A stretch of 64,000 nucleotides of DNA. Origin: Octopus vulgaris. Lineage: Eukaryota. Under the pieces are notes generated by a model. That model made no database searches and had not been told where the DNA came from. It was given only the letters and a program-made list of their open reading frames with translations. Both the position numbers and the translations under genes were made by a program. The stretch covers positions 61,690,001 through 61,754,000 of the forward strand of contig OX597824.1 in NCBI GenBank assembly GCA_951406725.2, given 5' to 3'. Of this stretch, positions 53,801 through 64,000 are shown one piece after another. Every line of letters begins with the position of its first letter. Positions within the stretch are counted from its first letter, which is position 1.

Positions 53801-54218
53801 TGCCATCTCGCCGACATGTCCGCGATGTGAGCAGGATAGGGAAACCGTCTTGCACGCATTCGTGGAGTGTCCGGAGTTATCGGGACTGATTGCTTTCGCC
53901 GAACAACTGTTGTCAGTGAATGGAAGAGTACAGCTATCAGCGGAGTCTATCATTGAGATTGTGCCACCTCCTTTCCTCAGCAGGGAAAGGAAGGCTTGTT
54001 TTTCCTGCGTAGTAGCCATACTGAAAGAAACAGTATGGGAGACGCGTACGAAAGGTATAGTGACAGGTACCTTTGTATCCGGCCAGGGGTTGGTTAACCT
54101 TTTCAGTTACCACCTCGGTAGTAAGATCAGGCTGGAGAAGAGGTGTCTGTCATGAGATATGTTTGCGAAAAGATGGAAGTCTGTAGCGTGCAAGCTGGGT
54201 ATATCTGGCACCAGGTAA
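50808..54218 (+). pseudogene. Tx1-type ORF2 (AP endonuclease, RT, C-terminal Cys/His motif) with several stops and frameshifts
   Basis: LGCLNV, ATETR, LGDFN, SYLDRI, TDHR, GYWKLN, KSPGLDGL, NFRPINLLN, RQGCPLSPLLY, YADD, KGGLG, CPRC..ETVLHAFVEC, FAKRW. Confidence 0.95.
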
Positions 54219-54443
54219 GTGTGGCCGGATCAAGAAGTAAAGGTTCTACCCAGATCGCTGGGATCCGTGCCCTACTGTATAATACCAAATTTTTAAAACT
54301 TTATATTGTAGATATTATATATATTTTATTGTAATCACCAACGTTTTAAGCTACTACACCCTATGTGTTTGTCTGTATTTGTATGTCCCCTCTATGTAAC
54401 GCCTTAATGGCGAATCTTTCATGAAATAAAGTAGCTTGCTAAC

Positions 54444-56668
54444 AGGTTGCTTCTGCGCATGTGCGAGTCAGTGTTGTATTTGGCACTGTAGCGGTGAAGA
54501 CGTGCTTTTGAAGCCGTCTAGAATTGAAAAATGTTGAAGCCCCATTGTAAGGTAAGATTCTGTTTTCAGGGTACAGTGGGCATTTTTGTTGAAAATTGTT
54601 TTTACAGGCAGGAAGTCCTACTGGATTCAGAATTCTGATTCTGCCGACATGGGCAAATATATTTTTCTCGCTGAATTGTGAGAATTTTTTTTTTGGGGGA
54701 GTGGGGGGCGTATTCGTCTTCGATAATTGAGTGAATATTTTTCTTACCTAATTATGAGAACTGTATTAAAGAACTTTAAGAATTGTGAGAACTGCTATAT
54801 AGGGGAGTGTTTTGCCGCCAAAGTTTAAACAATTTTATACCAATTTTATACCAATTTTCGTGGAAGTTGTGTTCCAGTTGCGACGTTCCAGGTTCGACTT
54901 AGGCCGGGAGTACCGTATGGCCAGAAGATTTTTTTGCTGTGTTTCTGCTGTGTTATTGACTTTCTTTTGAACTTTATTTAACTCTCTTTTTTGTTTTTTG
55001 TGACTTTCTGTTGACTTCTTCCCTTCTGTTGTGCTTTCTCTTTTTTGTATCTTCCTTATTTTTTTCAAAAAATCTATCGAACTTTATTTGGACTTTTGAA
55101 CTTTTTTCTTCTCGCTTTTTAAGTTTTATTTTGAATATATTTAAAAAAAAACAAAAAAAACATGGCAATAAAAAATGACAAAATTTTGGAATGGGAGATT
55201 ATACCGCCTAAAAAGTGCTTAAAAGACCGTGAAGATAGGACGGTGGTGTTGAGAACCTACTCCAAGGCACTCGACACCATCGCCCTGTTCGAAAAGACGG
55301 CAATTGAAAAAGAGTTGGCAGAGTATTCGCCAACAATTAACTTCATTTCCAGGGGTGTCAGATATGCAACCGTGTGGTTGCTATTTGACACCCCTGAAGA
55401 GGCTTGCAAATTTGCTAGTAAACCCCTGGAGGGTAAGGAAATTTTATTTCTGCCCACGTACCATGGAAAGAGATTGACGAAAGCTTGGATCTGCGGGCTG
55501 TCACCCGGGATAAAACCCGAGTGGATAGAGGAGACTATCCGCTGGGGTCTGGTTGGCAGCGGAACTAAGCTTCTTAATGTGAAAGTTCTTTCTGCGGCTG
55601 TTTGGGTTAGGTCAAAAGCAATTTTGACCCTTTGGACCCAATCAGCCAATCTGGTTCTTCCAGATTTTTTGAAAATGGCCGGGTGCAGGTACCCGGTGAT
55701 ACTTGAGGGTCACACCCCTAGGTGTCATCGGTGCTTGGAGTCTGGCCACATAAAGAAAAACTGTCCCCGGGAATAAAATAGGATCCCGGAGCAGTTAAGT
55801 GAGACCCCTGTAGAAGAGGAAATGAAGACGGCCGAGGAAGCGGAAGATTCCTCAAACAGTGGCCGAAAGAGGAAGGTGAGCAACAATGGGTGTTCACCAA
55901 AGGATACTAGGGATGAGGAGGGAAAGGCGAATCTTCCGGCCACGGAGGAGACGCACCCTCCCTCAGTTGAAAAGGAAAAAAAGAGAAAGAGGAAGAGAAA
56001 CGGGACATTACCGGCAGTCGGTGACATAGTACCGGAATGTTCCGGAACTACGTCGGTTGGGGTTGTGCAACCGACAGAAGAAGAAACACCGTTGGCGGGA
56101 ACTGTGCCGCCAACGAAAGAATTGAATATCCCGCCCCCGAGGAAAGATGATGTATTGATCTACTTCCATAGAGGCGGAGAGATTGAAAATGTGATGGAAA
56201 AGCACCATAAGGGAGCACCTTTAGCCTTCACACAGGACCCCGAATGGCCTCCGCAGGTAGCTGTGGAGGCTACCTGCGACGTGATGCTTGGGCTGAAGGA
56301 GCTCAATGAGGATTATAGCTTGGTCCCGGGCGACGCTAACACGAAACTCGATTACGTTCTGAGGGAGGCGTTGTGGATGACGGAAGGTGCGGGCACAAGT
56401 TATTTTGAGGACGAGTCATAAATTGTGATACGACTTGAGGGGCCCGGATCTAGAGCTGGCGCATTCCTAAGGAAAGTGTAAGCCAGGTCTGGGAGGAAGG
56501 GCTTTGTGTATTGTATTCACATCATATGTAACTATTGAGATGTTGTTGTTGTTAGTAATGGACTGTTAAGTCCAAAAATTGAAAAGTTGTAAAAATTGTA
56601 AGAGGTTTAATACCTCGTTTTGTGTTTGTTTTTAAAAGAACAATGTTTTAGAGAAGCCCGTTTTAGAG
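54444..56668 (+). mobile_element. ORF1-only (HAL1-like) non-autonomous retroelement, ~2.2 kb
   Basis: ~720-bp T-rich leader, one ORF1-like frame, ~250-bp trailer and no ORF2 trace. Bounded by target-site copies at 54429-54443 and 56669-56683. Confidence 0.75.
55162..56421 (+). pseudogene. Divergent Tx1 ORF1 homologue with one in-frame stop (55774-55776)
   Basis: ORFs 55162-55776 and 55822-56421 are in the same frame. RTVVLRTY..IEKEL..FISRGVRY..PL..LPTYHGKR aligns with the upstream ORF1; knuckle CHRCLESGHIKKNC. Confidence 0.85.
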
Positions 56669-56806
56669 AAGTAGGTTGCTTACCAACCATATGGTTCCAG
56701 GATCAGTTCCACTGTGTGGTACCTTGGGCAAGTGTCTTCTACTATAGCCTCGGGCCGACAAAAGCCTACTGAGAGGATTTGATAGACGGAAACTGAAAGA
56801 AGCCCG

Positions 56807-56842
<36 letters not shown>

Positions 56843-56866
56843 GACGGGATTCTTTCAGTTTCCGTC

Positions 56867-56910
<44 letters not shown>

Positions 56911-57095
56911 TCCCCCCAACGTCGCTTGACAACCGATGCTGGTGTGTTTATGTCCACGTAACTTAGCGATTCGGCAAAGGAGACCGATAGAATAAGTACT
57001 AGGCTTACAAAGAATAAGTCCTGGTGTCGATTTTCCCGACTAAAGGCGGTGCTTCAGCATGGCAACAGTCAAATGACTGAAACAAGTAAAAGAGA
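56669..57095 (+). mobile_element. Remainder (B box, core, tail) of the split family B SINE
   Basis: AAGTAGGTTGCTTACCAACCATATGGTTCC..ACCTTGGGCAAGTGTC..AAATGACTGAAACAAG continues where 48737-48772 stops. Confidence 0.9.
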
Positions 57096-57375
57096 GATGT
57101 AACGTAAGATACCTAATATAATGTAGATGTTTTATATAATACTATTGAGATTCGTGGAAATTCCACAGAACGAAAATGATTAAGAGAAGCTATTTAAGAA
57201 AGAAAGGATGATTTGCATTTTTATTTTTATTTTGCTACCGTCTACTAAGTACTTTAAATTTTTCACTTTCTCTCTTCCTCTTTAAGAAACATTTTAACCA
57301 TGTAATTTCCTTTTCATATCTTTAAAATTTCTTTTTTCCTCTTCACATCTCACTTCTATTAACTCCCTCTCTATT

Positions 57376-57437
57376 TCTCGCTTACGGTAACTACCTCTCC
57401 TAATCATCTCGCTTACGGTAACTACCTCTCCTAATCA
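57376..57437. repeat. Perfect 31-bp tandem duplication
   Basis: TCTCGCTTACGGTAACTACCTCTCCTAATCA x2. Confidence 0.95.
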
Positions 57438-58068
57438 TCTCCCTTTTCATGCTTTTAACCTCTCCACCAGAGCATCACTCTCTGCTAAATATTGTATCCT
57501 AAACATATCTTTCTCTTTTCCTTTCCCTTCCCACTCTTTAGCACGTCGTTAACACTTCTCTCTCCCTCTTTTCTCTCGCTCTTCGCGTCTCCCTTCAACT
57601 AACCACGTGACACATTTGACCTTATTATACGTCTCTCTTTACTTCTTCCTCATTTCCTTTTTCTGTACTCACACTCCTCATTTCCCCATCTCTCTCTCAC
57701 ACACACTCATTTACTTCACCTCTCACTCCACTTCCAACTTTCTCTAACTGACTAATGTATAACAGGCGAACGAAAAAGCAGATTATTATATAGATTTTGT
57801 ATTAAATTATGTGGTCGAACTTGATGTATAAAAATTTAGTAAATTTAGCATTATATTGTTTAAATTGCGCAACTCTCAGATAAGTGATACTCGAAAGTAA
57901 ATCGGTATCAAAACAAAATGTTGATGCTGATATATACTTGTTTATCCAAATTTTAAAAAGTGAAGTAAGTTTAAAAGGTGTTTTATTAGCTGAGAAATGT
58001 CTACATATGCGTTGTTGTGGCACATGTTATTGGATATAAGATGGCTATTTGTTCATCGATATACATTA

Positions 58069-59232
58069 CTAGCATTAAAGACCCGTCGTTGCCGGGTCAT
58101 AGTGCTAGTGCATGTATTTATGTGTATATATATGTGTACATACTACATGTACATCTCTATATATACATCTACACATAAAATGCAAAATACAAAGTTATAT
58201 CTTGATATCGCTAGTGATAACAATACTCAAAATATATAACAGACTGGAATTGTTAGCCCGTCTCTTGTAATTTCGATCAATTGTATCTTGTTTTCCCTTT
58301 TGTATAGAAGTGTGGCTACAATCCAGCCTACCTCTACTTCGGGGGGGGGGGGCATTTTAAATATTTTTCCGGGACGTCCTACGTCCCAGATATAAAGGTA
58401 AAAATAAAATATTTCCACTTTGCAAGTTCGAGTCGAGTACTCCCTTGCACGCTCCGTTGACTCTAACCTTGCTTCTATTGTGGCGAATTTACCGCCTCTT
58501 TCATAGTCGCACCAAGACACTTTTTCGAATGTGCTTTCCTCCATGTGTTCAAATCTTTTTTCTCTACATTGTATACTTTATAGACAATAGTCTTTTCTTT
58601 AATTTAATTTTTTATTATCCATCTGGACTATTCCATTTCTGCACGCTAATTTTATTTTTAATTTATTCCCATTCATGTGAAACCACTTACTCAAGTTCAA
58701 ATCATTGATGCAATTTTATACCAATTGCTATTTTTACTTTTGTTATGTTACGATTATATTATACTTTAGTTTGATTTTAATTATTACTTACTATATATAA
58801 TTCAATTGTTATTATTATTTTTATTGTTAAAGTGAAAGCATCTGACATAAAATAGAGAAATATTTTTGTTTCACTTTTAACACGTAATACTGAAATAGTG
58901 GAGAAGATATGATATTGCTATGGGCTCGTTCTAGGCAAGAAGTTGAACATTTTTTTGCCCATGAAACTACATGGACCCTAAGTAAGGCATGTGTAAAATT
59001 TGAATGAAATTGGTTGTGTAGCTCTCAAGTTTTAGGGAATCGTATTGGAGAAGATATGATATTGCTGTGGGCTCGTGCTAGGCAAAAAGTTAAATTTTTT
59101 GCCGATGACACTCCCCGGACCCTATGTAAGGCATGTGTAAAATTTGAATGAAATTGGTTGTGTAGTTCTTAAATTTTAGGGAAACACACAGACAGACAGA
59201 CACACACATTCTCAGTTTTATATATATAAAGA
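58069..59232 (-). mobile_element. Non-autonomous Helitron with a captured Tx1 ORF1 fragment and a ~140-bp internal duplication
   Basis: A|TC...hairpin-CTAG|T ends; reverse complement of 25183-25924 plus ~290 extra bp; 58899-59038 is repeated at ~59047-59182. Confidence 0.88.
58258..58597 (-). pseudogene. Tx1 ORF1 fragment inside the Helitron
   Basis: With frameshifts: EKTIVYKVYNVEKK-FEHMEESTFEK-CLG..RGGKFATIEARL..GRR..PPEVEVGWIVATLLYKRENKIQLIE, versus ORF1 EKRTVVFKTF..KRFKHFGKETIEKCL..RGRAYGYVEVQL..PPTVDPKEVVAGLL. Confidence 0.75.
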
Positions 59233-60608
59233 TAATGCTCAAAAGTATGTAAAAAGAAATTTTAGTTTTCATTTTATCCTACTTAGTGAAACTTAATTCT
59301 TTTACATTTCAAAGCCGGCATTTTCACTCTCGTGGTTTAGTTTCTGGTCAACCATTATAAAATTATCTAAAATCATTGGTATTCCAAATTCGAGCATATC
59401 CACTTTCTTCTGAGATTTGAAAGACTTCATATTTCTGTTTCTCTGTTTTATTTAACGTGGTAGTATGTGTATTGGAGAGATATTTGCAAGTTACAATTGA
59501 CTACTCGTTATTACGGGAGTTTTGTTCAGAGAAATGAAATTGATATAGGGGTTTAAGAAACCGTAACGGTTAAATCAATAACAGCTTACCAAATCTATTC
59601 CAAACGTGCCAGTTCAACTTTCTATATTAATACCACAACTAAAATGTACTTCAGTAACAGTAAGAGCATCTTTCTTTTTTAAACATGTTCACTCGTTCTA
59701 CGCGATTGCTTGACCTACTAGACACAGCAGCCTAAGTAAGGCGAGATGGATACGCAATTAATCTATTTTCCATGAAATTCCAATGTGCAGGCATGTTTCG
59801 AGATATAGTGGCGTTCATACTTGCGTTCATGTTTAATACCAGTCCCAAAAGAATTCAACAAATAAATAATATCGATAAAATATATATCGAGACAAATTTA
59901 ATATTGTTTCAATATCAGCAAATAAATAGTTGCAAGAGGAGCTCCAGCCCTTCGCCTTCCATTCTTTCTAGTTCTTTAACTACGGTTGTGTGCATAAATT
60001 TGCATTATGGACAAACTTTGTTTCGTCTTTCTTCGCACAGTATGTCCTTATCCGTGCGAATAATATATATGTGTTTTAGTTATATATAAGAATTCAAAGT
60101 TCCTCACTTAAAAAGCATCCGGCATCATTTTGAAAACATTGTTTGAGCACAGTTCGTTTTCCTAATAAAAGCATCACTAGAAACCACAGAAAAAACGAAT
60201 TAATGAAAGAATATAAGACTTCATTTACAAAACAGGAACAATTTTTCAGTATTCATAAACAATTAGAGAAGCATCGATTTCCAAAACATTGTTTAATAAT
60301 TCAGTAAAAATATTCCATAATAAATTATTAGTAGGAGAGTGTTTTCATTATATCAATAAAATGATTGGGAGATTTATGAGCTTTGTCCTTCGAAGCTTAT
60401 TAATTAATATTTAATGATGACTGCTTAGACTGTGTCTGATAGAGAAGTGATAGTGTCCCTTCAATTGTAGTTCATTGCTTTGCAAAGAGGCAATTTAATT
60501 TGTTTTCGTGTATTTCGATAAATTTATATCTGTATGTAATAAGATTTCAGTTCATTTCCACCAGATATTACTTAAATCTATACTAAAACATATAGATACC
60601 TACTTGAA

Positions 60609-60655
<47 letters not shown>

Positions 60656-60674
60656 GATTCTATGTATGTATATA

Positions 60675-60737
<63 letters not shown>

Positions 60738-61714
60738 GTGCGTGTGTGTATATGTATGTATTTAGGTATGTGTGTTTAGTTATGTATATGTATATTTATT
60801 TCGGTATGTGTTTTAGTTATATATATATGTGTGAGTGTGTGTGTGTGTATGTGTGTGTCACCCTCTCTACATGTGTATTCCTAAACATCTTTTTATCATT
60901 AAATCGCACCCACACCCGGTCACTCGTTTAAAATAAGTTGTAGTCGAACAAATCGATCCATGAACTTCTTTTAAGTTTGGTACTTATTCCTTAATCTTCA
61001 TACCGTTGAGTTACAGGGACGTAAACAAAAGGACTCAGGTTGTCTTTGGCTAATAAAAATATGGGAACTCACACATATACACATACACACACAGAGGTAC
61101 ATATGTCTCTAAACATTTATAAATGCATTGGGCTTGCATACAGGTATACAAAGGTATATACTTCAACTCATATGATAGGGAACAGTTTCACCCGGATTGC
61201 ATCTTGATGTATGTAAATTCCAGTTTAACCTTCAAAAATCTATCAATATCGCCATTAGCAAGAATAATGACGTACGTATATTTTCTTTAATATCAATACT
61301 AATGCCAGATTATCTACTTTTAAATAGTATTCCAATCCGTATTCGTTATTCCACATATTTCACCTGGTCACCTGCTTTGCCAAATAAACATGCACAGTGC
61401 TTTAAGAAGATAACCATACCTTTGTTCACTCTAGATTTGTTGACCTATTTTTCAAAGATTTAAGATGTGTGAAACACTGAAGGTGTATTCATTATATCAC
61501 AAATTACCTCCTGGCAGATCTAAATTCTTCAATAGGGACACACTGCACTTTTCATTCACTTGCGTAAATCAAAAATATATAAATGCCTGCGTATATACTT
61601 ACACTCATACATAAGTACGTATAAATATATCTATGTATGTTTGAAGGCATATATGCATGCAGATATGTAAGGGTGTGCATGTATGTATGTATATATATAT
61701 ATATATATATATAT

Positions 61715-64000
61715 GATGATTGCTACGTCTTTATTGAAGAAAGCATTCTTTTCAAGTAATAAATACTGACATGAGATCTTATATGACTAGCAAGTCCTGC
61801 TCTTGACAAGTAAACTCTACTGCGGATCTTACAAACATTTTAAAGCAGAAAAATGTCTGGGATTATAGCTAAGTGCTGTCTTCGAAGTGCTCGTTTCAAG
61901 ATAGATCGTTTAATTCTTCTAACTTCAAATGCTTTACATCTATTGTAAATCATCTCTTCCAAATTGATCTACCTTGTGTCATCTGCTCCCAGTCTTCAAC
62001 CTTCACATTAACAGCCTGAAGTTTGCTTTTGAAGGTTTATGTCTCGAATATTTGCCACGCTGCAACTCCCCGAAAAACAACTGCTTTGGCAACCTGTCAT
62101 CCTGCATCCTTGCACGGTACCCAACCCAACGCATCTTGATTGCGTATAAAGATCATTTAAATACTGGTGTCTGGTGTTAAAGACTTCCATTTCATGTCTA
62201 GTGTCATCTTGAGGCAAGTATTATGGAATCTTTCTAAAGCATTGATGTGGGGCCCATATGTCGTCCAGATCTTAGAAGAGTACAGAACGATCGTTAAAAT
62301 GCAAGATTCATAGATACTAAGCTTGGTTTTGAAGGTGATACCGCTATCAGACCACACACGATTTTCAAGACTTCCAAATGCTTTGTTGGCTTTTTCAATT
62401 CGCAGGTTTATTTCAGAATCAAAGGATCCATCTCTAGAGAGAGTGCTGCCAAGGTAGATGAACGAGTCAACCACATCTAACATTGTACCCTGGACAAAGA
62501 TGTTAGGTTCCACAAAGAGTTGGGCTGGTGGCTGAGAAAACATGATCCTTGTTTTCTTTAGACTGATGGTAAGATCAAAATCAATATACGCTCTAGAGAA
62601 AAGATTCAATATAGCCTGCATGTCTTCCTCTGCAATGAGAACCACATCATCAGCATAAAGGAACTCTCGAACAAGGGCCTGAAGTGTCTTCGACTTTGCA
62701 TTAAAGCGTTTAACAACAAATACCATACCTGTGGTTCTGAGGCGAATATAGACGCCGATACCACAGTCTTGGAAACCGTGCAAGATAGTTACAACAGAAT
62801 ATATGGCAAAAAGTGTTGGAGCAGCAATAGCACATTTTTTAACTCCGATAGTGAACCAGTGAAATTAAGACGAGCTTTCATATCACTATGAAGTTGCTTA
62901 AACAAGTTAACGAATTGAGGCAGACATCCAACATTACTAAGAATGGTCCAGAGAACGCTCCTATTAACAGTGTCTAATGCTTTAGTTAAACTGACAAATA
63001 GCTGGTAAAGTGCTCTGCGATGTATTTCTTTACTACCCACAAGGGGCTAAACATAGAGGGGACAAACAAGGACAGACAAAGGAATTAAGTCGATTACATC
63101 GACTCCAGTGGGAAACTGGTACTTTATTTATCGACCCCGAAAGAATGAAAGGCAAAGTCGACCTCGGCGGAATTGGAACTCAGAACGTAACGACAGACGA
63201 AATACGGCTATGTATTTCGCCCGGCGATGGTCGATGCATATCTCCTGGAGTTGACGAGCAGAAAAAAATCATGTCCATAGTGCCACGACTTGATCTAAAA
63301 CCACACTGACTCTCCGGGATAACAGAGATGGGTATATTCGTATTGCTACCTCATAAAGTAAAAGTTTTTCAAAAACCTTGCCGAGTATTTCAATCAGGCT
63401 TATACCTCTGTAATTGCCACATTCGGATTTGGATCCTTTCCCTTTGAAGAATGAAATTAAAATGGCATCAACCCAATCCTGGGGAACAGCAGCTGTCAGA
63501 TATTAGATGGAAGATCTCCAAGGAGGAAAATTTCAACAGGAATACCGTCAATACCTGGTGCCTTCCCAGTATTTAATTCTTTGATTGTTTTTTTGATCTC
63601 ATCTAGAGTTGGATGTTCCATCATTTCATAAATGATATTCTTTTCGGGCAGATTACTGAAGACATTTTTATCGATAACTGAAGGATTATAAAAGAGATCA
63701 GTGAAGTACTCAGTCCAACGTTTCATGATACCCTCATGATCCTTGAAGAGAAAGCAGCTGTCTTTAGACTTGAGTGGTATCACAAATGAATACTGAAGAC
63801 CTAACACTTGTCCGATCAAGTGATATACTGTTTTCAGGTCTTTACAGATATACGCTCTGGGGATTTTTTCAGAAATACCTGTCCACCATTTGTACTTCAT
63901 TTGTCGTATTTTTCTTTGGAGTAAATTTAATTTATCGTCTACTAGAAAAGCTCCTGTTGGGCGGTCTTTCTGCCAGTAAAATAAATGAAATGTTATATAT
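61715..64000 (-). mobile_element. RTE-clade LINE, decayed (RT and 3' end); continues off the right edge
   Basis: [68 protein letters not shown]; 3' end near a TCATCA/(TA)n tract. Confidence 0.92.
63023..63223 (-). mobile_element. 5'-truncated family A SINE inserted in the RTE RT with a 6-bp TSD
   Basis: GCGATG at 63017-63022 and 63224-63229; removing the insert restores ..EICIDHR-RALYQLFV... Confidence 0.85.

Larger units (their letters stand above)
48773..54428 (+). mobile_element. Apparently full-length Tx1/L1-clade non-LTR retrotransposon (~5.65 kb) with a 15-bp TSD
   Basis: 5' UTR, ORF1, ORF2 and 3' UTR ending in AATAAA; identical AAGTAGCTTGCTAAC at 48758-48772 and 54429-54443. Confidence 0.92.

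Noticed and set aside
49362-56208. Antisense ORFs over the Tx1 and ORF1-only elements
   Set aside because: Shadow ORFs of GC-richer coding strands with no motifs.
56645-56671. GTTTTAGAG twice, resembling the start of a type II CRISPR repeat
   Set aside because: Only 12 bp, 3 bp apart, with no spacers or cas genes; better explained as a 3'-end duplication of a retroelement in eukaryotic DNA.

Overview
AT-rich animal genomic DNA, almost entirely repeats: (TA)n/(CA)n/(TACA)n microsatellites, many tRNA-derived SINEs and decayed transposons. The SINE repertoire and microsatellite load look like an octopus genome (inference from recalled repeat families, not a database result). I recognise no host protein-coding exon, rRNA, true tRNA or CRISPR. 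Recognisable elements are a Gypsy LTR/gag fragment inserted in a CR1-type RT, three Penelope-like (PLE) remnants plus a minimal hammerhead ribozyme, four mariner remnants, a Chapaev-3-like transposase remnant, several Helitron pieces, an RTE LINE and several Tx1/L1-clade LINE pieces. The most notable structure is at 48.7-57.1 kb. There, one SINE is split inside its tRNA-like head by two elements in tandem: a full-length Tx1-type LINE and a divergent ORF1-only (HAL1-like) element. Copies of the same 15-bp SINE sequence bound both, which suggests a SINE-targeting retrotransposon with a non-autonomous partner. Also notable are a non-autonomous Helitron family carrying a captured Tx1 ORF1 fragment and repeated mirror duplications centred on (TA)n tracts. 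Boundaries of decayed elements are approximate and were read by eye.
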